Shown piece by piece: positions 36,011 through 51,500 of a DNA stretch of 64,000 nucleotides (position 1 is its first letter; every line of letters starts with the position of its first letter). The position numbers were made by a program, and so were the translations under genes. Source of the stretch: Nemertoderma westbladi. Taxonomy: Eukaryota; Animalia; Xenacoelomorpha. Under the pieces are notes generated by a model. It worked only from the letters and a program-made list of their open reading frames with translations, had not been told where the DNA came from and did not search any database. The stretch is from NCBI GenBank assembly GCA_032718475.1, contig JAUCBJ010004458.1:1-64000 (forward strand), given 5' to 3'.

Positions 36011-36704
36011 ATTCGTTTTGGCGCGAACGCTTAGGAAGGGGGGGGGGGGGGGGGGGGGGATAACCACCCTGGTGTATTTTTTAAAATTTGTTTATATCTC
36101 CAGATATGGTTTGAAAAATGCATAGAAAACGATAGACCATCGAAAAGAGAATGAGCTTAAAGTAAATACAAAAATGTGATTTTTTTGGCGCCCCCTAGCG
36201 AGTGGTGAGATTAAAAAAAAATTTAATTTTAATTTAATTTTCGATACCACACAAAAAGAGACCCGTTTCCTCCAAAGTCAATAGTTACCGTTGTATTTTT
36301 GCTCGTACTTAGGTGTTGATTGAGCCGATTTTCTACCGGAGGGTTCAATTTTGATTGCGTCAGATACCGCTAACCCCTATAAATCTATCTTTTTGGAAGA
36401 AAATCCCTGTCAAAAGGCAACAATTTATTGAAATGAAGCATATGCAGTAATTACAAACAAGCAGACACGAGACAGCGCGCAAATTCATTACGTTGTAAGT
36501 AAATGTTTATGTGAGTTGGACTTCAGAAAAAATATAAGTTTATAGAATTATTATCAATATAATAACGATTACGGTAATAATACTAACTAAGTATAACTAG
36601 GGGTATAAACGGTTCAAGGATGAAGGTCCGAATAGCTATAGATTATGGGAACAAACGAGAATCCATAGCACAGGTTACAGACCAAGCGGCGCACCTAATG
36701 GCCA

Positions 36705-36892
36705 CTTTCGGTCCACCCGTCCCATTCGGTCCACCCGTCCCATTCGCCCCCCCCCCCGTCCCATTCCGTCCCCCCTTCCGATTCGGACATTCCGTACCAT
36801 TCGGACATTCGTCCCATTCGGACCTTCGTCCCATTCGGACCTTCGTCCCATTCGGACATTCGGACCTTTGTCCCATTCGGACCTTCGTCCCT
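36705..36892. repeat. About 18-bp tandem repeat (TTCGGACCTTCGTCCCA), probably a transposon arm
   Basis: Direct periodicity; no partner arm found. Confidence 0.8.
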
Positions 36893-38058
36893 CGGGCCTT
36901 GACAAAAGCGAGATTAGTCGATCTCATGATATAAAAGAGATTAGTCGCTACTATTAGATTATTACCGTACCGCTAACAGCTCATATGTTACGAAGAAAAT
37001 AATACCTAAGTCAAATTTTCTAGTAACTTTTGTACTCTAATTCAAATATTATTTTAACGGTAATATTGACCTATTACATCGATATTTTAAATAATACGCA
37101 TGTTTAATTAATTGTTCTTAAGATGAGCGACTAAATATCATAATTTGTCACCCACCTTGGATGCGGGTTACTGTACATACCAATGTGCCCAATTAAACCA
37201 GAAGCATCTAAACCAAGAAAATATTCGTGAAAACTTGTTAAAAAACATAAAAATAAAAAGAACAGCAAAATCAATAAAATCCAGAACTCATTTTTGTTTA
37301 AAAAAGTTTTATATTGAATAATATTTTAACAATTAAATGACAAGCAGCCATTCTAGAACACTACGTGGCGGTTGGAGATAGTTGTGAGATATTGGATATT
37401 CAGTATAGCACCATGAAGCCTACCAATAAATACCAAGAAAGCACCTTTACGGATGTACTTTAAATTAAGTCGGCGAGAAATACAACTGATTTATTTCTAA
37501 AATGCAATTAGTTAACGATGTTAGTTGGCCTTTTAACCTAACCGTAAAGCCACATCGGTTATTACCTAGAAGTACTGTAGATTGTGTTGATTAGAAGGGT
37601 GTGTCAGCACCATCATCAACCGTGGCTACTTGACCTTGATGATAAACTGCTTTATGGTATTACACCACTCAATAATCCACCTCCTATAAGCCCAAAGCAT
37701 AATATATCATCCTTCAACTGACATATTATTATTCAGATCTCCAGAAAATCGCTACATTTTTTGACCAAACTTAAAGGCGTCCAAGGACTGAAGGGTATTA
37801 TACCCTTGATGGGACACAAGTAAATATAATTATGGGACTCCCATAAACCTTGGGTTATTAAGAATTACTTAGGGTTTCTATTATTCACCGGTATTTAATT
37901 GACCGGCTTTGTAGTTTCCACTACCACCGATAGCGGCCAGAAGATAAATACATTTCCAAATACTGACAGTAAACAGTAAATAAATAGATAGAAGCTTTAA
38001 GTGGGACGATTAACAGATCATAAAAATAACAACTACTAGAGCGGCCTGGATAAAAATT

Positions 38059-38272
38059 GGGGTCAGAGTAAAACGCGGATCCGGATTCTACTTTTAACAT
38101 TGTCCCAACGGAAGTCGATTTTTTTTACATATTTAAAACTCCCAAAAATAAAACTATAACCTGTTCTATTGACTTTAGTTTATTGTTTTGGTTAAAATAA
38201 CGTGCCACTGTAACCTGCTCCTTTCCCTTAATTGATAATTTTGGAATCCGGATCCGCGTTTTACACCTTCCC
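38059..38272. mobile_element. Small MITE with GG...CC ends and 8-bp TSD TAAAAATT
   Basis: GTAAAACGCGGATCCGGATTC / GAATCCGGATCCGCGTTTTAC inverted; TSD at 38051 and 38273; interior recurs near 7245-7330, 8776 and 47650. Confidence 0.85.
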
Positions 38273-39417
38273 TAAAAATTGTGATTGTGACAACAGTGCC
38301 AAAAAGAATTAGCGAGTAACTTTGGGTATATTGATGACTAAAACCCCATGCTCAAAAAAATATTATTATTATTTACCAAAGTACAATTTTTTTAGCAGTT
38401 TTGACACAATTTCAACATTTTATGTCGCTAAGCTATTCCATCAACCATAAAGGCTAATACTGACATTATATTTATAAATTCATTTTTTTGGATATATCGC
38501 TTGTCTTTAAGGTGAAAAATAGAACTTTTTATTCTTGACAACATTAAAACCAGTAGATTGAAGTTAAAGTTTCATCGCCCACCAGCAAATTTATTATTAT
38601 AAATACTACTCAGCACTGAAGTAATTATTATTACTACATAAAATAATACTTTTAATATTAATATTATAAACCACTTAAATAATAACAACAATCGACTAAA
38701 ATTCTACAATAAATTATTACAATAAAAGCAAAAAGCAAAACTACTGCATGGATAAAATGTGCGGTATGAGGAACATTTACATATTATCATTATATAATAA
38801 TTTATACACCGTTATATACAACACACAAGCGCCGGAGTTAAATAATTTATTAAATACAACCAATTCCACTGTGGTCTGTGGGAAAATAACGGCTCAAAAA
38901 TACCATAGAAAACCAAAACTTTCTTAATTTTATTTACATGGTATGGAATTAATGAACACGTAACTACAAAATCTAAATTGCTGGATATCGTTGTTAATAA
39001 TATTTATATGTACAGATTGAGTGGAAAAAAAATGCGTTCGAGGAAATTAAGAATTTGGATTGGGAGGAATAAAAAATTATCATATTTAGAGTGGAATATA
39101 ACAGGTTGCAACACCAGTAAATAATATAAAACTGCAAGATAGTGTGAGCAAATATAGCAACAAACAGACCACACCATGAACATTAAGAAGGAAAAACCTA
39201 GAAAACTATGTATCCATATAGCATGATCAATTTCTTTCACAATAGCATCATCACACTAAATAGGGAATTATTTAGAAATAAATATTAAATACATATATTA
39301 TTATAATTTATAAATAAGTTAGGCAGTTTACGTGCTGTATGTCGCCGGGACATAGTCCCTGGCATTGGGATGCCCTGAGTGGGGGGGTGGGAGGCGTTTG
39401 CCGCACCATACCTCCCA

Positions 39418-39515
39418 CTATACCGTAACACTAGCCGTGCTACGGGCCGCAGCGTTTATTTCGGTGACCTTACTGGCGGTGGGGGATGTGGGTGAACGAC
39501 TGGCAATCACGTCAT
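39418..39515 (-). CDS. MXD: Probable MXD terminal exon ([32 protein letters not shown])
   Basis: ttttatttcgcacag| acceptor, phase 1, GC-rich, TAG stop, followed by an AT-rich UTR-like region. Confidence 0.55.
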
Positions 39516-42500
39516 CTGTGCGAAATAAAATAAATATTTTTAATAATGAAAGAAATTTATCAAATTGTTAGAGATAATTTTCTAACAAGTACCACAGGCC
39601 TAGAAACTACTGGACTACAGTATTTTCTGGTTAGTTAGTGTAATACGGGCTAATTAATAGGCTTATACGAACAGTATTACTGATCGTGAGATCAAATTAA
39701 ATAATTTTGCCCTTAAGACTGATTAAATAGGCCAGGCCTACTGGCCATCACTGGCCTAACTTACTTTCACTGGCCTAACTTACTTTCACTGGCCTAACTT
39801 ACCTGTGGGTCGATTCACCGCACGGAATATTGTTCCGTTGAGTGCGACCATGGTATAAGTAACCGACTTAAAAGGACACGATGACATACAAATTCTAGAT
39901 CTGTTACATTTGCGAAAGTGCAAATACACGGCACAAAATGAAACCACTATACATGATGACAGGGTTGACAAGAAGATTAGTTTTTTAGTAGATGGCGATT
40001 TTGCACCAGTTACCGGGGTGATAATTAAGATGAGGAATGTATTTGCCGCTGCTAATATATAAGTATATAAAAATAAGGTGTGGCAATATACACATTACCG
40101 TCATCCTATCTCCTTAATCAGTGGTAATGTGAACGTGTTTAAATAAAATAACATTTCAATAATAGCTACACAAATCTTCAATGTCAATAGGTTTTCTGAG
40201 AAAACTCATGAAGGAGATTTTTGCATGATGAGCTTGATGAGCATGCTCGCGGCGTAAATATCCAATAGCCAAAAATATTATTCTCATTATGTGGGTTTGC
40301 ACGGACGAGTGAGTAATTCATTAAATATCCAATCATTTTCAGCAAGCAGGGGTTCTTTCACAGTCAATGCTTCTATTTAGGTGATCAGTGGAGAAATGGA
40401 CGAATGGAAAAAATCACCGTTACGAGTTAGAATTAGCACGGCTTAACAATATCCAACCTACACGCAATCCAATCCGTGCATCATACATACATCCAAACAA
40501 CATAATTAAAAAATCTCAGATAGTTTAATGCTCCTTTAATCCGACAAACATGACCGAATGAAATTGCGAACAAAATTGCGAAAATCTTAGAAATATTGAT
40601 ATAAAGATTTGACACAGCCTCTGCCTGATACCGGACCAGCAGCTGCCATTGATAATCCTTGATCCATTGAGGTCTGATGCACACACATCAATGATCATTC
40701 ACTGATCAGCTATACGTAAATCATATTGTAACTGATTATCCATTACAGTGACCGCTTCCAACACCCTGAGTTTGAAAGATTTATTTATAAAAATAACATC
40801 CTATGTCTCTCTTTAACAGGTAATATTCTTAACAATAGGAAGCCGAAATCAGCCTAAGATCAACTAACTATGCCTGAAACAATGCTGTCCGAACAATGCT
40901 GTCCGAACAATGCTGTCCGAACAATGCTGTCCGAACAATGCTGTCCGAACACTGTAGTCCAGTCCGCAAAAGCATCTAATTTTATTATTATTATAAATAC
41001 AGGTTGTAAACCAACGTTAAAAATTATTGGTATGTTCCATAACTGTACTGGTAATGTTTACAGTGGGTTAAATTTTAAGTCTTAATTAATGAATGACCTT
41101 ACAAAAAAAAACTGAAAAAATCACAAAAATGCTAAATTCACCAAATTCATTGAAAAAAACACCAAATAAACTAATTTGGTACCAAATGTAATTTCTCACC
41201 AAATTTAATTTTCCGGCAGGTAAAGTACGTCGTAAAGTATACAGTCAATCTGTGGCGGCACGGAACCGACATACTTACATATGGAAATGGTGAAAAATAT
41301 CGAGAGTGAAAATATCGAGAGTAAAAATATCGCGAGTAAAAATATCGAGAGTAAAATATCGAGAGTAAAAATATTGAGTGTTGAAAAATATCAAGAGTAA
41401 AAATATCGAGAGTAAAAATATCAAATATCGAGAGTAACAATTTTTTTAATAAGGGTTGTATGATAATTTATTTTCCTATAAATGTTCTAGAACAAAAATA
41501 TTTATCAAAATTGACAGCTGGCACATCTATCTTCTATAATATTTATAAAAAAATAGCAAAAACTAGCTAGAATAAAGCTAGCATAGCATAACTAGCTAGC
41601 AAAAAAAATGTGGTCAATGGGTACCCAAGGTGTATAATGACATTTATTTGCACTGTTGTAACCCATGCACTGCAATATTGCCCATAATTCTGAATAAAAT
41701 GCTCATAATATTTTACTGGAAATCGATATTTTTCAACACTCGATATTTTTCAACACTCGATATATTTACTCTCGATATTTTTCAACACTCGATATATTTA
41801 CTCTCGATATTTTTCAACACTCGATATATTTACTCTCGATATTTTTCAACACTCGATATTTTTACTCTTGATATTTTTACTCTCGATATTTTCAACACTC
41901 TATATTTTTTAACACTCGTTATTTTTACTCTCGATATTTTTCAACACTCGATATTTTTACTCTCGATATTTTTACTCTCGATATTTTTCAATATAACCTT
42001 ACATATATAGATCTACTAGATCCTGTTAGAGCCGTATTTTGATTGATTATTCATATCCGTATTTTGGAATCTCGATTTTGGCGAAGATTCCATTATTGGC
42101 GAAAAAAGTAGATAATTTTGTAACAAATTAAAAGTCATTTTTGAGATGATTCAGTATTATTGGTGGTGAATTTATTAATTTTTTTGTTGAGGTAAATTAT
42201 TTTTGGTTGCATTTTAGGTATTTTTAATAATTAAATTTGGTCCCGATATAAATACTTGTCTGCAATATATTTTTGTTGCACAATTATTTTAATAAACTCC
42301 GTATCATTCTCCAATGATTCAGGCACCATAAGGTCCAGCAGCGATATTCAATCAACATGCCACGATTCGGTTAGATAGTCATAAATAATAAGCTGGTTTA
42401 TTATAAATATAAACTGTTAACGGATGTTGGGAAATTAATAAACGCTATGCGTTACATGGAATCAATAAACCAGTAGCAGCATATGTTGGACTGGACAGGT

Positions 42501-45500
42501 CCCTGATGTATGAAGCAACACATATAATGAGTTATATTGATAAACGCGGTTGGGTTTAATATAGCCGATAACCCAAAATACATTAACAATAATTTCTAGT
42601 AATCATTACATAAGGATATATAATTCGAAACACACTAGACAGAATCAAACATCTAATTGTAAAAATTAGATGAAACTCACACACTTCTATATGGATCAGG
42701 GCAATCACACGCATAGCACGTGTAAAGCTCATGACGTGCCATGAGAAAATATAATATGGCATACCATCAGCTCTAACACAAATAAGATTCGACAAAATTA
42801 AAAAAATATGTAATGGGGAGTCATCATCGAACCCCTATAACAGCACCGCGGTGGGGCCAATGATAGTGGGGAGCGGGACAAGCAATACAAGCAAAACCCG
42901 CAGAGACCAATACAGAATACACGTACGGTAAAGACTTGAGGTATTTGATTCACATGTATGTTAGCAATTATTAAAAAAACTCAGGTGATTTAAACAATGT
43001 TTGTGAGGTGAATTAAGTTTATGTATTGCACTTTTATACATTTCGCCCTCTAGCGGCAGACTAAAAAATGAACTGCACACGGATTAGCCTCCATACAAAG
43101 AAACAGTTAATGCCCTAGTGCACATCTGCCAAGTTTCAGTTTCATGCAATTATTCATCCCCCACCCCCTCCCCTAACAGACTCAGTTCGTTAAGGCTCCG
43201 CCTACTACGAGATCTGCCCTACAATGCCATTCAATCAGCGAGCAGATGTTTCTCCATGTATAATTAATTGTAAATCTCTCTCTTTCCAGTAACTACAATA
43301 TTCATCTGTCAATAGTATAAAAATATAAATAATAACAAATATTCTAATGACGCCCTGTACTAGATCTATCTCCATGGCTACGCGGTAAGGAAGGACCATT
43401 ACCATGAGGGGTTCACGAATCATTGTTTTTTTTAATGATTATTAGATATTAACCTGAGCTGGCTGCTGAAGCCTCGGATGAGTCAGTCATTCCCTCACTG
43501 TTCTTGCGATCGCCTCGCTGCAGCAGTATCCGGGATAGACATTCGAGTCGTCGTTGGAGATGAATCTGTTGACGTTGAAGTCGCCGTTTGGTAAGAGACC
43601 GAGCGCGATCTGTATCCTCAAGTGCCTGCAAAGGAATACCGGTATGGAACCATAGATACTAGACACTGAATAATATAATATTGTTATGAAAGGGAACATA
43701 TTTTAGGCTTACTAAGCGACGGGACGAAGGAATAATGCAGTAAACCCTTTATTGTATTTCCCAAGTTATCTTGGTTCCTATTTATCGACTAGCCGCAAGG
43801 ATGAAAAACCGCGGTTGGACTACGCTGCAGTATTTAAAGCACTGTGTCCCACACAGCGCTGGCTCCGTTTAGGGATGTTGCTAAATTATACTTATTAAAT
43901 AATTGAGTATTAACATCATAAGTAATGTATTTAATATCACGGTATATTTACTATTCGAATCAGATGGAAAAATAGGATGACATTTAAAACTGAAAGGTAA
44001 TAATACCAAGACATTCACATTCGGGTCGATATGATTATGTACAGGTTCGACATACCGCGATTCCTTTCTAGGCCTTTTATTTTCTAGGTTTCTAGGTCTC
44101 GGCATCTCTAGGCCACTAAGTAGGAATCAATAAATAAGTAACATTGTTATAAAATTTATTTACTATATTATATTCGTTCAGTTTCACCCAGTTATATAAT
44201 TGACCATATATAGTAAGTATCGTGTTCAATCTTATTCTCAATATCGGCAGACTGCCAACCACATGGAAACAAAGCATAATAAAGATTCTTTACAAGGGAA
44301 GGGGAACGATTACCAACCCAGACAACTACCGAGGAATAGCCTTGTTATGTGTCTTACTAAAAGTTATGACTTCAATCATTAACAAACGTATCCGTTCAGC
44401 GATATCACATCAAATCCCCAACGAACAATTTGGATTCGTTGCAGGTAAATCAACAACCCAAGCGATAAACAACCTCCTGAATGATATATCATCTGTTATA
44501 AACTCGAACACCAGCAACCGTATTGTCTATGCCGCATTTATAGATTTTCGCAAGGCGTTCGACATGGTTAGCCGTGCAAAATTATTATTCAAGTTATATA
44601 AGATGGGTATCAAAGGGAGAATATATAATATAATTAAGGACCTACTAGATAATTATTTAACCATATTCGACGGCCTTAGATTCTCCAACTTAATCCACCA
44701 ACTCCGTGGAATTCTACAGGGAGATTGTTTGTCACCGGTGACATTTATCATCTTCATCGCGGACTTGGCCCTTGCTCTGCGTTCTGCATCGGCATGCCTG
44801 ATGTTCCTCTTATTTGCAGACGATCTGGTGTTTTACTCCACCAATCGGGATGACGTCCAAGTAGGTTTAGATGCCCTCCATAGGTGGTCCATTGAAAACG
44901 GAATGTCAATGTCAATGGATGTCAATTTGACCAAAACCAAGATTATGAAATTCAGGAAAGCAGGTCGGCTATCAGCATTAGATAGGTTCCAATACAATGG
45001 TAAACTTGTTGAAATACCAAAGCAATACGAATATTTGGGCGTTATCTTACAACCATCACTCTGTTTTTCCAATCATATAAAAGAAAAGAAAGAAACATCA
45101 TATAAGATCATAGGCTCGATACATAATTTGCAACGGCTCTCAATAAAAACTGGTATTATGGTATTTAACATGAAAATCGCTCCGTCCGTAACCTACGCTC
45201 TAGCCGCATTCGGTAAATTTCTAAGAGTTACTCATCTCAAGGAACTCGACAAAATCAAAGCAACACATATGAAACGTTTACTCGGATTACACTCTTCTGC
45301 TTCATCCACCTTGGCCCTCAAAATGGTTGGTGACGGTGAGCAAACTTTCGTGGAATCGATTCTCCGTAAAACTCCAACCGTATTCGATCCCATAGTCATC
45401 GCCCAATACCGCGAACACCGGGCAGAACGGGAAGAAAACTTCCGTAGCGAAGGCTATCTGGAAGGACCGGCCTTCACAGGGTCCACCTGGAAACTTCCAG

Positions 45501-48500
45501 GACAACGGAACCGCCACCTGGTTACGCGTACCACATCGCATGGTTTTCACCACGTGATCTGTCTTAATACGCAGCGTTTCCATCCCCTCGCAGTAGGCTG
45601 TCGCTGCAAATATTGTAGTGGCCCGTGCGACCACCGCTACCATGCACTTAACTGTACACACTGCCCAACTTTGGCCGAGCTGGCAGCAATGTGACAACCA
45701 CCACCCCCCCCCCCCCCCCCCCACCCCACCCCACATAACTTATATTAAGCCAATATATATATTTTAAACCTCCTCTTTTATTGTGTTCTGATTTTATTGA
45801 ATGTTTATAATTAATTAATTATTCGTTTCCCTTTGCCCCGAGTGGGGCGCATATTAAAAAAAAAAAAAAAAAAAATATATAGTAAGTATATAGTGTATGT
45901 AAAACTATTAAAAATGTAAAGTGGGTTTATATTATATATATAAATAAATTTAAATATTAGGTCCAAATTAATACAGCGATGCTATATAAATACATACTAT
46001 ACAATTAGAGAAATTACACCAAAAATGTTATACTTCTTTGAACAACTATTGTTTTTAAATGCCTGTTCTGTGTTCATCCGCAACCATTTCGAAACTTTAC
46101 AACGTTCGAATAGAAAACTACATACTTGTTGCATTGCACTTCACTTTACAGTGTTCTGGACATACTATTTTAATTTTCATCCACTCACTACGTGAACTTC
46201 GTGAGACCAAATTACTTACGCACTCATCTTTCACGATTGTAACAAATTACCACTCGGATCAGCACAATAATGTAAAGTGCAATTTTTTTACACTCAAGTT
46301 CAACTATGTAAGTAAATAATAATTATTTATTTCGTGTGTTTTACTAGTGAGATGGGCAACTAGTTTACACTTTACAGAAACGCTTATGCTGGCGAGTGGA
46401 GAAAATCATTGATGTTTCATATATGTGAGATTATTGGTTTTGCGAGAATCATTTATGAGCTTTAACCGGCAAATGTTTGTTGCTACTATCTGGAATGCAA
46501 TCATACCGCTGCTTGCTGCAGTATATTGGATGCTTGTGGATCGATTGAGAGATAGGTCGTTAAATCACGAATTATTTATTGAATAAAGGAAGCTGCTTTC
46601 TGCATCCAATGACTCAGCTAGCATTATACGGCAAGTAATATATGATCCTGGACAACATTGCTTCATCCGTTAAACACAACACATGTGCTGAGTTCAAGGG
46701 AGGCCACATTAGAGTCCCATGTCAAGTAGGGAGAGATAGAAAGTGCGGGAATTGGGTTCCCCTCGACGCCATTAACACTAAGGACCGAATCGATTTACGC
46801 ACCCCAACCCGCGGACAAGAGCGGGGCAGGGAGGGGGTTTAATGAAACACGTTAATGAGATAATGGTAATTGGAGCAAGAGGCTGATCCTCATTCACTCA
46901 AGGTTCTCAGATAGTACCAGCTAAAAACTATTATATTGCCAAAATTTCGTGATATTCTCATCTGGAATATCTACGCCAGCCAACAATGTATATATCTATC
47001 TAAATATATTTGGGTAGGGCAGTTGCGTTTTTTTTTTATCGGAAATCGATTATACGTGCTGCTGGACTATTGAATTGTTATTGTGCAAGTATATCGAGAG
47101 GGGCTTCACATAAGAACTTGATATGTAGTACTTTATAATACAGTACTGTAGTAATTTATACAGGGGTGAGAATACAAGAGTTGGTCCCTTCATCGGGTGA
47201 TCCATATATTATTTTCTCAGTATATTACTAGAGTTCTCGTCTCAATTGGAAACCTCGCTGCGCTCGGAATTTAAAACGCAACGCACTGTAATCTTGGAAA
47301 GAGCTCAATTATAAGACTAGAACTACTAGATCTAGAAGTATTGAGCAGATCCGCATTCACCTGAGAAATTCACATTACAAAAATTGGGACAAGAAATTAC
47401 TGCTTTCGCTGACTATTATTAATTTCTATTGCTCAATTAGAATAGACGTCAGAAAGTATAAACTATGGGTGTAAACGTTAAGCAGACACCTGGTCCAGAC
47501 AGTGGTGCAGACACCTGATGCAGACACTCGTGCATACCCCTGGTGCAGAAAGCAAACAGTATTTTCAAACCAGACATGGTACAGTGTAATCATATCACCC
47601 AACGGTGCCTCGTCGCAAGTTCGAGCGTGAGTTAACAGTGATACGTTATTCTAACCAAAACAATAAACGAAACTCAATAGAACAGGTTACAGTTTTATTT
47701 TTGGGAGTAATCAGCTGTTATTTGCGTCTAATTTTTTATTGCACCAATGTCTGCACCACTGTCTCCACCAGGTGTCTGCACCAGTTGTTTGCACCAGTGT
47801 CTCTGCACCAGGTGTCAGCACCAGTGTTTGCACCAGTGTCTACACCAGTGTTTGCGCCAGTGTTTGCACCACTGTCTGCACCAGTGTCTGCAGTCTGCAC
47901 CAGTGTCTGCACCAGGTGCAAGCGCCACTGTCTGCACCAGGTGTCTGCACCAATGTCTGAACCAGGTATCTGCACCACTGTCTGCACCAGGTGTCAGCAC
48001 CAGTGTCTACACCAGTGTTTGCGCCAGTGTTTGCACCACTGTCTGCACCAGTGTCTGCACCAGGTGTAAGCGCCACTGTCTGCACCAGGTGTCTGCACCA
48101 CTGTCTGAACCAGGTATCTGCACCAGTGTCTGTAGCAGGTGTCTGCACCAGTATCTGTAGCAGATGTCGGCACCATTGTATGCAGCAGGTGTCTGCACCA
48201 GTGTCTGCTTAACGTTTACACCCATGAACTATTACATTATTGGGTTGGAGACACAACAGCCACAGCAAATTTTTTGTAATCGTAATTCTTTAAAAATAAG
48301 ATGCGATATCATCGCAGATATGGATTCACGTAGTAATTTCACTGACTAACGAATATAATACCAGAGGAAGTCAGCAGGTACTGCCATACCTATACTGTAA
48401 ACTAAATGTAAAGGTAGTACCGGTAATTCGTATAATTTTCAGATACATAGTGTATTCGATAAAAATAATTGTCAGAAAGAACAGATTGGCACTAATTTAG

Positions 48501-51500
48501 TTAACCGAAACTAAAATTTGAATTGTACATTAGGTGTCATTTTAGCACACGTTCGTGCAAAAAAACTGCAAAACTCAACAACTCGAACAAAATAATAGAA
48601 TTTTACTCAATTAGAGGCAACCAGGGCTTCTTTCCGATACTTTTTTCTATTGAAGAACATTATTTTTATGCGAGAAAAATTAAATTTCTGATTTTCTGGA
48701 AATTTTGTGTGTGTTCGTTCTTCTTTGACAATGTCCCGTACGCAAAGCGGCACATATTTGACGAGAATCACTCATTTAATGAATGATGAACTCATACCAT
48801 CCTACTCCCTTACTTCGGACACGTGTCCACAAACAAGCAGGTAATAATAGCCTTTAGGACACTGACCTCTGGGTTGCGAAGCTGTGATTGCCGCATAGAT
48901 TGCGAATAGGAGGGAGAATGGGTGAGTGAAAGAGGCCAGGTAGGCGCACGGAGCGATCTCACATACAATAAACCGTGGATGAATCGATAATGAAGGGAGG
49001 AAACCACACGAGATGCGATTGGAAATTCCCAACTCGATGTAATGGCCCACCAATCACATTGGATGGGAATCCTCACAAAGAAAGGGGTGATAACCCCCAA
49101 CTCAACGTATTAATTCCCAAAGAAAGCAGATAGAAAGTTCAAACGTCTTGAGGCTTGATTTACTTGTGCTAATTGCGTGAAACTAGCTGAGTAACCAAAT
49201 ATGACGCACAACACCTAAACCATGGAATACTAAATATACACGGAAGGACAAATGTATCATACCCGGAGGCAATCTTTTTATTTTATAAAACGATAGATAT
49301 GGATGACAGAAAACCGCTGCTAAATTTTTTTCCAAATCTGTCGTGCCGTTTTTGAGACATAGCATTTTATATAACGTTCCCATGGCCTATTATAAATACA
49401 CGGCCTAATAAGCTGCATTTTGAGGCCATTCAAAAAGAGACCAGTTTTTTTTTACAACAATTTGATATTTTGATATAATTCCTTAATTTGACTGAATTGA
49501 AGTCTCCTCGTTAAGCAAGATACTAAATTATATAGTAGCTAGTGTTTGAGGTAGGTTTAGCTATTAATTTTGACACTGGTTCCGACATCCTACTTCTCTC
49601 TATAAATATTTTGTAGTAGCTAGTTCTTATTACTATTTGTATAGAAAATGTTCCAGAACATGCTAGCTATTCATTTTAAAAAAAAAATGTTCTAGAACAA
49701 ATTTTTTTTTCTAGAACATTATTTAAAAATAAATCTGGATTTTATTTAAAACGCATGGCATCGTTCTAAAACGTGTTTAAGATCAATAAAAAAAATTTCT
49801 AAATTTAATTTTTTCTAAAAATTCTTTTCACAATATTTTTTTTGGTACTGGTGTGTTATAGGTAAACCCCCCCTTTCATTTTTTTTACTAGCTAGTTTTT
49901 GCTATTTCTTTTCATGAAATGTTCTAAAACATGAGATACAATTTAAAAAAATAATAAAATGTTCTAGAACAAATATTTTTTGTTCTAGAACTAATTTAAA
50001 AAAAAGCTTACAAATTTTATTTTTTGTTAGTTATGTTTTATTTGATATCAAGGAAATTGAATTTTCTAGAATATTCGAATTTCTACAGCTAAGATTTAAC
50101 TTTCGCCCAACAACTAGCGGAGTTTCGTTGGAAGCTTCTACACAAAGAAAACCCATTTTCTGCTCAGTTGGATTTGATCAGAAAATATTATCCTCTGTCT
50201 GCTAAATAATAAATACTGTATTATATATATAGGGCCTATACGTATTCTTAGCATATCATTAATTTCTGAATATAATGACCTCAATACAGTGAATTTTTTA
50301 ATTTTAATTAGCTATTAAATAGTACCCCCCCCCCCCCCCCCTCCCAAATCCATCTTGTCAGCAACGATTAAAAATTATATGAAACCAATTCTAAATAAAA
50401 TAAAAAAATAAATTTTTTTTTATATTTTCTTAACTGTTCTAGAACAAAAACTATTTGCTCTAGAACTTTTCTTTTCTAATCTTGAATAGCTAACATGTTC
50501 TAGAACATTATTAAAAAATAAAAATAGTACATTAATTTTTTTAATTTTTTTTTAAATTTTCTAGAAAAAATTTTTTTTTCTAGAACATATTATATTATAT
50601 ATATATACATAGACATACATATACGAACATATATATATTTATTTTTAATAGCTAACATGTTCTAGAATATGTTCATAAAAAGAAATAGCAAAAACTAGGT
50701 AGTAAAAAAAATTTGAGGGGGGTGTATCTATAACACACTAGTACTAACACACTAATGAACACACTAGTGCCATTTTTTTTCACAATTTTTTTTATTGATT
50801 TTAAACACGTTTTAGAACGATGCCATGCATTTTAAATAGAATCAAGATTTTTTTCTAAAAAATGCGTATCTTGCTTAACGAGGAGACTTCAATTCAGTCA
50901 AATTAAGGAATTATATCAAAATATCAAATTTTTGTAAAAAAAACTGGTCTCTTTTTGAATGGCCTCAAAATGCAGCTTATTAGGCCGTGTATATATAATA
51001 GGCCATGGGAACGTTATATAAAATGCTATGTCTCAAAAACCGCACGACAGATGTGGAAAAAAATTTAGCAGCGGTTTTCTGTCATCCATATCTATCGTTT
51101 TATAAAATAAAAAGATTGCCTCCAGGGGTATGATACATTTGTCCTACCGTGTATATTTAGTATTCCATGCCCAAACCCTACCTCTACCTGCAAACCGATA
51201 GTAAGGATATATATAATGCATTCAAAGCACATAGAAATATATTATTTGGCGTTGAGGGTTTTGAATCAAAGAATACTAAGGGGTCTCAGTAAATCCTTTC
51301 GCGGTTGTCCGTACTTTCTGGCATCGCATCATGAACTCCAAAAAGGAATCGCTGCACTACAAGATAAGGGGGTTGTGGGATGTGGGGCGAGCCATGAAGT
51401 TAGCGAACTAAGCATATTATGTATGTATGTAATATATTGACCACCATAATAGTAAATGTAATATTATAACCGCACAAAGATAGCCTGATACAAGGTTTAC

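Noticed and set aside
47605-48349. Cys/His-rich ORFs
   Set aside because: Translations of MITE internal subrepeats
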